Shown: positions 12,467-23,510 of the stretch, piece after piece
Layout of the letters: each line of letters starts with the position of its first letter
Position numbering within the stretch: position 1 is the stretch's first letter
Source: Podarcis cretensis
Taxonomy: Eukaryota
Length of the DNA stretch: 64,000 nt
Reading direction: 5' to 3'
Assembly: GCA_951804945.1 (NCBI GenBank)
Contig: OX638151.1
Location: forward strand, 75,578,001-75,642,000
Notes under the pieces: generated by a model
The model's input: only the letters and a program-made list of their open reading frames with translations
What the model was told of the DNA's origin: nothing
Database searches by the model: none
Made by a program: the position numbers and the translations under genes

Positions 12467-14544
12467 ATATATATCACCTCAAGCTCCTTGGACATAAATA
12501 GTTTGTGCTACTGAGAAGATGAAAACCAACACTTTTGACAAATGATTTAAAGTCTCTCTCTGTTTTGTTGGACTATAACCCCTCCTGAGCTGAGCATACA
12601 ATACATAGGAAACAGTGGTCAAGAAACTGACACAATAGCACTGTATACTGCCAGCCCCTACCTCAGTGCAATTAAATAAAGCCAACATTGACTACAATCT
12701 CCCATCATCCCTACTGGCTATGCTGACTAGGGCTGATGGTAGTTAGAGCCCATCAAGATCTGGAAGAAGGACCACAGGGTTCCCTCCCTGGAGAGTGGAG
12801 GATAGCTTGAACTGCTTGCATTGTGCTATGGTCCAGAGATTACCTGAAGGCAGCTCTGCTTAAGTTGTTGTTTAGATTGCATATACACAGGCAGAGAAGC
12901 ACAGATGCACAAACATGTGTACACCCACACCCACAATGAACATAATAAACCTACTGTTTTCAAAACCTTTTGCTTACCACAAGAGATTTTGGTACAAAGG
13001 AGCAAATGCTCTGGAAAGAGTTAATTATTTCATACACTGAAAATTATGTCTATGTATGCAAGATGTCAAGCAAGAATAAACATAAACCAGTTAAAATCAA
13101 TTAAATAGAAACCACTTAAGCAAGGTTAATTACTGGGAGGGGAACATCTGTAGGCACACTGCCATCAAGCTGGCTGTTCTTATCAAAATGTTCTTAAGAT
13201 TTTAAATACTAATGTAAAGTATTCATCAGGGCAACCCGAGCACAGACTGCAGTCAGAGAGACAGAGAAACAGTGTGGTTTTGCTGCCACCTCCTGATACA
13301 TTTCAGAAGCACAAGTTCCATATTAATATATAACTTTTTAAAATAGAATGATAAATTAGATTAAAATGGAAGGAAAATTCTTTAAGAGTTTCTAGTTACT
13401 GATATATCAAAATGATCGAATGAAAGGTGAAGATGGAGTGACAGATCTTTAGAGCTAATTTGTAACTCTGGTCCCACCTGAATGCATGTGGAGCAATGAA
13501 TATAAACTGATAACATTATCAGTAAAACTAGTTAAAAACAACTATTTAATACATTTTTAAAAAATCAAAATCAGTGATGAACTAAAAACAGATTAAAACA
13601 CATATCACCATTCTACATATCTGGGTATGCTTCTCTAAACAAAAATGCTTTTAGCAGGCCCCCCACCCCTGTGAAGAGTTTATATTTTATACACCTTTTA
13701 TTGTAAATTTCAGGTACCGTAATATTCAACTCAGTATTTTACTGACACACTGAAATTAATGAACATGAGTAAATTAGATCCATTAATTTCAATAGGTCTA
13801 CTCTGAATAAAATAGATGACTATCACCCCACGTATTTTGTAATCTATAAAATTATGGTGTGCAGTGATCGTAATAATTTTGTATATTTATACACTATAAA
13901 AAATCAATAGGCTGCATTCCTCTATTAAATGTATATCCCATCCATCTCCCAAAGGAGCATAGTATGACACATACTTCTCATGTGGAAAAGGGAATTTCAA
14001 CAAATATAGCTTGTAATGCAAGCTCCACCTGCTGAAATTCCCTTTTCTTCACAACTAAAGATTCACAAGGTCTCTCTTCTTTGGTACATGTCACCCTAAA
14101 AAGGGCTTGGAAGAAAAGGGGTCAAACCTCACCAAATCTGTATAAATTTAAAGAAGCATTTTCTCAGATGTCTCCTTCTAAGGTTACCAGTATTTTTGTC
14201 CTACATTTTTCTGAAGGGAAAGTATAATATTAAGTGGAAATTGAACCCCTCCCCCCCCCCGGAAGATTGACCAGATTAGTTCATTGGTATCCATATTTTT
14301 TTTACAAAGGTTTCTGTGGTACAATGTCTTAACAATTTTAATTCTAGCAATTTTATTCAGCATTTTCGGATATACAGTACAGAATAGAAACCTAAATGGG
14401 CAGGTATATGTACATACATATGGGCACAGAGAAAAAGAAAAATAGGGTTGAAAATAGAAGCTCTCATTTGCCACAGTTGGGATTCACATTGCAATCTTAT
14501 GTATTTATACTCAGAAGTATATTTTATTGTGTTCAAAGGTGTTT

Positions 14545-14718
14545 AAAGGTAAAGGGACCCCTGACCATTAGGTCCAGTTGTGACCGACTCTGGGGTTGCG
14601 GTGCTCATCTCGCTTTATTGGCCGAGGGAGCCGGCGTACAGCTTCCGGGTCATGTGACCAGCATGACTAAGCCGCTTCTGGCGAACCAGAGCAGTGCATG
14701 GAACCGCCGTTTACCTTC
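14545..14718 (-). mobile_element. Sauria SINE, 3' half
   Basis: AAAGGTAAAGGGACCCCTGACCATTAGGTCCAG... closely matches the 7019 copy. Confidence 0.85.
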
Positions 14719-14779
14719 TTTACTTTATGACAAATTCAGAAAACCCCTAAATTCACTAATGGTTCCTTGTCACCCCACT

Positions 14780-15763
14780 TGTCACTGGAAAAAAGTGACA
14801 AGTGGGATGCCACAGGGTTCTGTTCTAGACTCGTTGTTGTTTAAAATCTTTATAAACCACTTGGATGAAGGAATTAAGGGGATGCTTAACAAATTTGTAG
14901 ATACCACTGTACTGGCAGGGAGAGCTGATACCACAGAAGACAGAATCAGGATTCAAGATGACCTTTACAGGTTGGAGAACTGGGCTGAAACTAACAAAAT
15001 GAAATTCAGTAGGGATACATGTAAGGTTTTGCACTTAGGCAGGAATAACCAGCTGCACCAATATAAGATAGGGGACACCTGGCTTGCCAGGGATGTAGGG
15101 GACTTGGTGGACCACAAGCTTAACATGAATCAACAGTGTGATGCAGCAGCAAAAATGAAATAAAATAAAAGAGCTGATGCTATTCTAGGCTGCATCAATT
15201 GAAATATAGTGTCTAGGTCAAGCAAAGTAATAGTATGACTTTATTCTGCCTTGGTGAGACCACAGCTGGAATACTGTGTCCTGTTCTGGGCACCACAATT
15301 TAAGATGGATATTGCCAAGCTGAAGTGTGTGCAGAGGAGGGTGACCAAGATGATCAAGGGAAAGGAAACCTAGACTTGTGAGGAGTGGATGAAGGATCTG
15401 AGTAGCAGCATAGAAAAGAGGAGACTGACAGGAAATAATATGATAACCATCTTCGAATATCTAATGGGCTGTCACATAGAGGATGGAGGAAGCTTGTTTT
15501 CTCCTGCTTCAGTGGGGAGTACCCAAACCAATGGCTTCAAGTTACAAGAAAGGAGATTCCGACTAAACACCAGGAAGAATTTTCTGACAGTAAGAGCTGT
15601 TAAAGACGGGGGGGGGGGTGCAGTCTCCCACGAAAGGTGATGGACTCTCCATCCTTGGAGGTTTTTAAGTTGAGGTTGGGTGACCATCTGTCATGGATGC
15701 TTTAGTTGAGATTCCTGCATTGCAGGAATGACCCTTGGGTTCCTTCCAACTCTACGACTCTAT
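14780..15763 (+). mobile_element. CR1 LINE, 5'-truncated, decayed RT C-terminal part and 3' end
   Basis: Translation W..VTSGMPQGSVL..LLF.IFI..LD.GI...L.KFVDTT (degenerate FADD), DRIRIQDDL.RLENWA..NKMKF...CKVLHLG. Contains stops and frameshifts, and ends TTCCAACTCTACGACTCTATGAT. Confidence 0.9.
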
Positions 15764-15840
15764 GATAAAGAAGCAAGAGATTAATATTTCACAAAATCAT
15801 GGTTTATTGTTTCACGTGAACAAGGCTAATTTATCTCTCT

Positions 15841-15971
15841 NNNNNNNNNNNNNNNNNNNNNNNNNNNNNNNNNNNNNNNNNNNNNNNNNNNNNNNNNNNN
15901 NNNNNNNNNNNNNNNNNNNNNNNNNNNNNNNNNNNNNNNNNNNNNNNNNNNNNNNNNNNNNNNNNNNNNNN
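15841..15971. other. Assembly gap (131 N)
   Basis: Run of n characters. Confidence 1.
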
Positions 15972-16226
15972 GCATTGCAGGGGGTTGGACTAGATGACAT
16001 TTGGAGTCCCCTCCCTCGTTCTATGAAAAACGTAGTAGAGCTAGACCTTTTATCAGGCTGACCAGAATACCAAGCACGGCTTCTGAGTTTGCGGGGGGGG
16101 GGGCGAGGTTGCGTAAGCACCGTACATTTAAAGCACATTCCCACCCCGACCCCGTCAAGAATCCTGGGAGCTACTGCTGCAAAGGGGTTCAGGTGCGTCG
16201 GCGGCGGCCGGTCTCTGAGGGACTAA

Positions 16227-16246
16227 ACTACAGTTCCCAGAATGCC
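16227..16246 (+). promoter_or_regulatory. ZNF143 (Staf)/THAP11 SBS motif
   Basis: ACTACAGTTCCCAGAATGCC matches the ACTACAnnTCCCAnnATGC consensus and lies in the CpG island upstream of the PREP ATG. Confidence 0.75.
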
Positions 16247-16582
16247 TTGGGAGAAAGCCCAGCTTCGAATGCATGGACGGCATCGGCCATGCTGGCGCTT
16301 TACTGCAGGGGGAGCCGCGCGGCCTCCTTTGCCTGCTCCGCTCGCCTCTCTTGCCTCTTGCCGGAGGTGGCAGCTCCTCGCCGGCGAGTGGGAGGGCCCT
16401 TTCGCGGCTGCGGCGGCGGCGGCGGAGCTCCAGCCCGCCTGTCTTCGGCTGAAGGGGAAGCCGAGCGGCGCCTCGCCCCACCGGGCCCCTCCTCTTCCTG
16501 CACGCCGCCCCATTGCCGCCTGCTCCGCCACGGCGCCTGCCTTTCCCCGCTACCCGCCGCCGCCACCAGCAGCAGCAGCAGC

Positions 16583-16627
16583 ATGCAGCTTTTCCAGTAC
16601 CCCGAGGTGTACCGCGAAGAGACATCC
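16583..16627 (+). CDS. PREP: Prolyl endopeptidase coding exon 1 (MQLFQYPEVYREETS)
   Basis: Similar to human MLSLQYPDVYRDETA. 45 nt, followed by donor GTGAGT. Confidence 0.93.
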
Positions 16628-17953
16628 GTGAGTAGCTCCCTGGCCCCCACCTCCCGCCCCCGGATCCCCCCCAGGAGTCCCGGGCAGCTCCCGTCTTGAG
16701 GGCAGCTTCCGGGACCCGGTGGCTTCCTGCCTCCTCGCTTCCTCCTCGGCCACCGGCGCCCCGGTGTGGAAAGGCTTCCCGCATCTATAACACCCTGCGG
16801 ACTTTCCCCGTCAAGCCTGATGCGGAAATAGAGGTGTTTGAAGGGATGGGTGCAGGTGTGATGCAGGGCCGTGTCCTTTGCACACCCATCCACACACCAG
16901 TCTTTCCAACCTGGCCGGTTTGGTCCCAAACCACCGGTGTCGTTTATCTCCTGCCTCTCTCCACTACTTGAGGGTGTGGGGATTGCTGGGGACGGCCGCC
17001 GTGGGTTATTTCGGCAGGTGTGGGTATGCCTGGAGAGGATCGGGGGCCACTTTTGCCACCCAACGACACAGCGTGAGCTGCAGAAGTTTAATGTTGGCAC
17101 ATTTTTTGTCTTGCACAATCTACGAGCCCCAAAAACAAGCACCTGCTGCTCAAGCAGGAAGGCATAATTTCCTCAAATCAGATTGGCCAGTAACCAGATT
17201 GGCTTGCCTGTATATGCCCTGTAAATAGCTTTGTGCAGCACAGTGGCTCTCCACTGAGGGTGCACAATGGGCTGGGTTAGAATAATAAAATTACAGAACT
17301 TTAGAGGCGGAAGGGATGGTTGTGCAGTTGGGGCTGGTGTATGGATAGTGCCACTTGGGAATTCTGAAAATCAAGCCGTGTATAAATCTCTAAAAGAAAC
17401 AGATGGTGTTTCCTTGCAAGCAGAAAAGAAAGGACTTAACCCACACTTCCTCTTGTCCTGCTGCCCCCCGCCCCCCCCCCCCCGTGAAAACCACACTTCA
17501 GCACTCCATCAGAGTAAATGGCAGTTCAGGTTTTTGTTCAGGTTTTCCCTTGGAAAGGAGCAGGGCAAGGGGAAAACCACTCCAATCTGTGCCTAGGAAG
17601 CATAGGGCAATCAGGAAACTCCTCGGACACATGCTTTCTAGGCATGGCACAAGCAGAAGTGTGGGCGAGCCCTGATTTAGAGCTGTTGGAAGCTGTGACC
17701 CTCAAGATGAATATTTTGTTACAAGCCCTGTCATTCCTGACCATTTGCCCTGCTGGCTGGGACTGATGGGAATTGGATCTTGCAGACCAAAGATTCTCAT
17801 CCCTGGTCTAGAGAGACTACCTCTTAATTCTTTGTAGCACAAGTTCTATTAATTTGGGAGCTTGTACACCCACACCCCGCTTACCATGTTCTTGTAGTTT
17901 TGTGTTGGAAATCTTAACTGGAAGGTTGACAAACAATACCTGTTAACAGCTTT

Positions 17954-20900
17954 GTTGTTGTTGTTTTGTCGTTTAGTCGTGTCCGACTCTTCATGACCCC
18001 ATGGACCAGAGCACGCCAGGCACTTCTGTCCTCCACTGCCTCCCGCAGTTTGGTCAGACTCATGTTCGTAGCCTCGAGAACACTGTCTAACCATCTCATC
18101 CTCTGTCGTCTCCTTCTTCTTGTGCCCTCAATCTTTCCCAACACCAGGGTCTTTTCCAGGGAGTCTTCTCTTCTCATGAGGTGGCCAAAGTATTGGAGCC
18201 TCAGCTTCACGATCTGTCCTTCCAGTGAGCACTCAGAGCTGATTTCCTTAAGAATGGATACGTTTAATCTTCTTGCAGTCCATGGGACTCTCAAGAGTCT
18301 CCTCCAGCACCACAATTCAAAAGCATCAGTTCTTCGACAATCAGCCTTCTTTATGGTCCAGCTCTCGCTTCCATACATCACTACTGGGAAAACCATGGCT
18401 TTTACAATACGGACCTTTGTGGGCAAGGTGATGTCTCTGCTTTTTAAGATGTTGTCTAGGTTTGCCATCGCCTTTCTCCCAAGGAGCAGGCGTCTTTTAA
18501 TTTCGTGACTACTGTCACCATCTGCAGTTATCATGGAGCCCAAGAATGTAAAATCTCTCACTGCCTCCATTTCTTCCCCTTCTATTTGCCAGGAGGTGAT
18601 GGGCCCAGTGGCCATGATCTTCGTTTTTTTGCTGTTGAGCTTCAGGCCATATTTTGCGCTCTCCTCTTTCACCCTCATTAAAAGGTTCTTTAATTCCTCC
18701 TCACTTTCTGCCATCAAGGTTGTGTCATCTGCATATCTGAGGTTGTTGATATTTCTTCCGGCGATCTAGCCCAGCCTTTCGCATGATGAATTCTGCATAT
18801 AAGTTAAATAAGCAGGGAGACAATATACAGCCTTGCCGTACTCCTTTCCCAATTTTGAACCAATCAGTTGTTCCATATCCAATTCTAACTGTAGCTTCTT
18901 GTCCCACATAGAGATTTCTCAGGAGACAGATGAGGTGATCAGGCACTCCCATTTCTTTAAGAACTTGCCATAGTTTGCTGTGGTTGACACAGTCAAAGGC
19001 TTTTGCATAGTCAATGAAGCAGAAGTAGATGTCTTTCTAGAACTCTCTAGCTTTCTCCATAATCCAGCGCATGTTTGCAATTTGGTCTCTGGTTCCTCTG
19101 ACCCTTCGAAATCCAGCTTGCATTTCTGGGAGTTCTTGGTCCACATACTGCTTAAGCCTGCCTTGTAGAATTTTAAGCATAACCTTGCTAGCGTGTGAAA
19201 TGAGTGCAATTGTGCGGTAGTTGGAGCATTCTTTGGCACTGCCCTTCTTTGGGATTGGGATGTAGACTGATCTTCTCCAATCCTCTGGCCACTGCCAAAT
19301 TTGCTGGCATATTGAGTGTAGCACCTTAACAGCATCATCTTTTAAAATTTTAAATAGTTCAGCTGGAATATCATCACTTCTACTGGCCTTGTTATTAGCA
19401 GTGCTTTCTAAGGCCCATTTGACTTCACTCTCCAGGATGTCTGGCTCAAGGTCGGCAACCACACTACCTGGGGTATAGGAGACATCCATTTCTTTCTGGT
19501 ATAATTCCTCTGTGTATTCTTGCCACCTCTTCTTGATGTCTTCTGCTTCTGTTAGGTCCTTTCCACTTTTGTCTTTTATTATGGTAATCTTTGTATGAAA
19601 TGTTCATTTCATATCTCCAATTTTCTTGAACAGATCTCTGGTTTTTCCCATTCTGTTGTTTTCCTCTATTTCTTTGCATTGCTCGTTTAAGAAGGCCTTC
19701 TTGTCTCTCCTTGCTATTTTTTGGAAATCTGCATTCAATTTCCTGTATCTTTCTCTATCTCCCTTGCATTTTGCTTGCCTTCTCTTCCCCGCTATTTGTA
19801 AGGCCTCGTTGGACAGCCACTTTGCTTTCTTGCATTTCCTTTTCATTGGGATGGTTTTAGTTGCTGCCTCCTGTATAATGTTAAGAGCCTCCATCCACAG
19901 TTCTTCAGGCACTCTGTCCACCAAATCTAAATCCTTAAACCTGTTCCTCACTTCCACTGTGTATTCATAAGGGATTTGACTTAGATTGTATCTTACCGGC
20001 CCAGTGGTTTTTCCTACTTTCTTCAGTTTAAGCTTGAATTTTGCTATAAGAAGCTGATGATCTGAGCCACAGTCAGCTCCAGGTCTTGTTTTTGCTAACT
20101 GTATAGAGCTTCTCCATCTTTGGCTGCAGAGAATATAATCAATCTGATTTCGATGCTGCCCATCTGGTGAAGTCCATGTGTAGAGTCGTCTCTTGTGTTG
20201 TTGGAAAAGAGTGTTTGTGATGACCAGCTTGTTCTCTTGGCAGAACTCTATTAGCCTTTGCCCTGCTTCGTTTTGAACTCCAAGGCCAAACTTGCCAGTT
20301 GTTCCTTTTATCTCTTGACTCCCTACTTTAGCATTCCAATCCCCTATAATGAGAAGAACATCCTTCTTTGGTGTCATTTCTATAAGGTGTTGTAAGTCTT
20401 CATAGAATTGCTCAATTTCAGTTTCTTCAGCACTAGTGGTTGGTGCATAAACTTGGATTACTGTGATGTTAAAAGGTCTGCCTTGGATTCGTATCGATAT
20501 CATTCTATCATTTTTGAGATTGCATCCCAGTACAGCTTTCGCCACTCTTTTGTTGACTATGAGGGCCACTCCATTTCTTTTACGGGTTTCTTGCCCACAG
20601 TAGTAGATATGATGGTCGTCCGAACTGAATTCGCTCATTCCCGTCCATTGTAGTTCACTGATGCCCAGGATGTCAATATTTATTCTTGCCATCTCATTTT
20701 TGACCACCTCCAACTTACCCAGGTTCATGGTTCTTATATTCCAGGTTCCTATGCAATATTTTTCTTTACAGCATTGGACTTTCCTTTCGCTTCCAGGCAT
20801 ATCCGCAACTGAGCGTCCTTTCGGCTTTGGCCCAGCCGCTTCATCAGCTCTGAATCTACTTGTACTTGTCCTCCGCTCTTCCTCAGTAGCATGTTGGACG

Positions 20901-21145
20901 CCTTCCGATCTGAGGGGCTCATCTTCCAGCGTCATAACTTTTATATGCCTGTTGTCTTTGTCCATGGAGTTTTCTTGGCAGGTATACTGGAGTGGCTTGC
21001 TGGTTCCTGCTCCAGGTGGATCACGTTTGGTCAAAACTCTCCACTATGACCTGTCCATCTTGGGTGGCCCTGCACGACATAGCTCACAGCTTCTCTGAGT
21101 TATTCAAGCCCCTTCGCCATGACAAGGCAGTGATCCATGAAGGGG
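17954..21145 (-). mobile_element. BovB (RTE clade) LINE, near full length (about 3.2 kb), frameshifted
   Basis: APE endonuclease (IGTWNIRTM, ILGISE, IIGDWNAKVG, NQIDYIL, GSDH) in 19604-21034. RT motifs GVRQGCILSP and LRYADD (about 18725-18740). (CAA)n 3' tail. TSD GTTAACAGCTTT (17942-17953) / GTTAGCAGCTTT (21146-21157). Confidence 0.95.
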
Positions 21146-22110
21146 GTTAGCAGCTTTACTTTTCCATGATATGGAAAAAGCAGTGCCTTGTATGAAGGAA
21201 AACAAAAATCATAAAATAACCAAAGAATTTGACCAGCCTTTAAATTATAGATTTAATTGTACTCCCCATTTCTTAAAATCTGTGACTCTGTTCCAATTAT
21301 AACATTCTCAGGCTATTAGGCTACAGAAAATAATACTTTTAATAAAATATTTCATTAGGCAGAGAAGGGTCAAGCTTGCTCTGCCCTGTGCTGGTAACAA
21401 ACATTCCAAATGCCTTTTGTAAATAAAATTGCTGATATTGTTCAGAAGTCCCTCCCAGAGTTTTACGTAGTAGAATTTCACTAGCAACAAAAGAACTTCC
21501 AGCCATACTGCAGTCTTTTATAACCTGTTAGCGGAATGTTGCTCATTTCTTTAGGCTAGATATATCTTCCCTCACTGAAGTACTAGCTTTTAATATGATG
21601 GAAGTTGGGAGTCCAATCTGGAGAGCCACATGTATAGGCTTTGCATGGAGGACGTTCTCCCAAGTTCAGGTGCTGACATCCTCACCTAAAACATGAGTGG
21701 TTAACCACTTGCTCTCCAGATATTGCTCAACTCCCATGAGGATGATGGGAGTTTTGGTCCAGCAACATTTGGAGTCCCCATCCCTGCCTATTGTCCTTTC
21801 AGACTGCTATGATACCTGAATCCTTCTAGTGCTTGCTGTTTAGTGCTATAGCACCAAACCAAGAGCACAAGCATTTTCCCTTGCAGATGCACCCAAATGT
21901 CCTGTTCCAGCAAGTGTGACTCATTTCTGGAATTAGAAATCCCTGAACATGTCTACTGTGTTGAGAGCACAATAGGCAGCTAGTTAGGGAGTGAAAAGCC
22001 ATACAGTACATCCAAGGAGACACCTGTGGCTTCAGTATAGTGATTGCAGAAGTCCTATCTTTGGGTTTTGTTCCAAACTGCTGTTGTGTTTTTAGAAGCC
22101 CTTAATAGTA

Positions 22111-22244
22111 CAGTGGACCCTCGGGTTACGTTACGTTTGGGTAATGTAACTTTCGGGTTGCGAAAGTGGCTCCTCTAGATGCGGACTTTTCAGGTACATA
22201 CGGAGCCCCGGAACAAATTAAGTTCGTATCCGGAGGGTCCACTG
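22111..22244. mobile_element. Tc1/mariner (Tigger/pogo-like) MITE
   Basis: TA-CAGTGGACCCTC...GAGGGTCCACTG-TA. Confidence 0.85.
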
Positions 22245-22565
22245 TATTGATCTCCATTTCCCATCTTTTTCCCATGCCAAGTTATAATCAGTGGCTAAGA
22301 GTTCTCTCTTTTGTTAATAAAAACAGAAGGTCCAAAACTACATCGGCACATGAATTCTCTGGGTTGGTTATGCTTGATTAACTTCATTTCTTTGGAAGAG
22401 ACTATTATTCTGCTGTCAGGGCAGCTTGATGAAATTAGTTGCCTATTGCATCCTCCAGTTTTCAGCAGTGTATTAAGCTGTAATAACTTATTTAATGCCA
22501 CTAATAAAGCGATTGTAAAGCAATCTTTTAAAAAACAAATCTCTCTCTGTATATTTTAAAACCAG

Positions 22566-22640
22566 GTGGACGACTATCATGGCTGTAAAATATGTGATCC
22601 GTACAGATGGCTTGAAGATCCTGATAGTGAACAAACAAAG
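22566..22640 (+). CDS. PREP: PREP coding exon 2 ([25 protein letters not shown])
   Basis: AG/GT boundaries, 75 nt, strong similarity to vertebrate PREP. Confidence 0.96.
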
Positions 22641-22842
22641 GTAAGCCTTTCTTATAATTCTGGACATCTTGGGGCAAGTGCCTTTGCAGTGTAGAGGTGC
22701 ATAGTACTGTTCAAATGGGATACTAGTCTCAGGTAAAACATCAGGCAAAAACTAGTTTTCTGCTAATGATCATCTTACACCAGAAAGGTTTGTGTTTGTA
22801 GGAAGTCTTACTGGTCCACAGGCAATTGCTGTGATTGGAGTA

Positions 22843-23060
22843 CAGTGGTACCTCGGATTACAGATGCTTCAGGTTACAGACTCCGCTAACCCAGAAATAG
22901 TACCTCGGGTTAAGAACTTTGCTTCAGGATGAGAACAGATATCGCAGTGCGGCGACAGCGGGAGGCCCCATTAGCTAAAGTGGTGCTTCAGGTTAAGAAC
23001 AGTTTCAGGTTAACAGCGGACCTCCAGAACGAACTAAGTTCTTAACCTGAGGTACCACTG
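22843..23060. mobile_element. Tc1/mariner (Tigger-like) MITE
   Basis: TA-CAGTGGTACCTC...GAGGTACCACTG-TA. A very similar copy is at 53007-53248. Confidence 0.88.
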
Positions 23061-23169
23061 TAATGTTTTTGTTAGTTGTGCAGGGTAGAAATGTTTGAAT
23101 GACACAAGTCCCTGGTTCAGGACCCCTAGTATTTACAGTGGGGTGGCTTCCCTAGACTGTATGTCTCAC

Positions 23170-23510
23170 AGCTCATGGTCAGAGCACAAGCTTTGGATGC
23201 AGTGGTCTCGGGTTCGGTGCCTTGGAGCTCCGGCTGAAAAGATGGGATGGGACTGAAAGTCTCAGTGATGGAGCACATGCTTTGCTTGTAGAAGGCACCA
23301 GGTTCTATTCACTACATCTCCATTTAAAAATATTAGGGGAGGATCAAATGTCATTGAGAGAGCAAAGGTCCCAGGTCCAATCCCTGGTATCTCCAGGTGG
23401 AACTGGAAAAGACTTATCTGAAACCCTGGAGAGCCACTCCCAGTCAGTGTAGGCAATACTGAACTAGACTCGGTGGAACAGTGGTATGACTCAATGGCCA
23501 TATTCACATG
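23170..23510 (+). mobile_element. tRNA-derived SINE with repeated tRNA-like heads
   Basis: Three successive A/B-box-like segments (GCTCA..GGT.AGAGCAC...GGTTC), then body CCTGGAGAGCCACTCCCAGTCAGTGTAG. Related copies at about 36250-36400, 42866-42960 (-), 43510-43670 and 60755-60920 (-). Confidence 0.55.

Larger units (their letters stand above)
16090..16820 (+). promoter_or_regulatory. CpG island / PREP promoter and exon 1 region
   Basis: Very GC- and CpG-rich against an AT-rich, CpG-poor background. Spans the PREP start codon, with no obvious TATA box. Confidence 0.85.

Noticed and set aside
14396-15163. 255-aa ORF
   Set aside because: Chance read-through of unique DNA, a Sauria SINE and a decayed CR1 RT whose catalytic motif is degenerate (FVDT).
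16001-16288. First part of the 232-aa ORF 16001-16699
   Set aside because: It starts at a non-ATG codon within a CR1 tail and runs through repeat-derived promoter sequence. Only the part from ATG 16289 or 16583 is plausible.
16155-17142. Long antisense ORFs (209 and 280 aa) over the PREP promoter
   Set aside because: Low-complexity Arg/Gly/Ala/Pro translations typical of CpG islands, with no recognisable domain.
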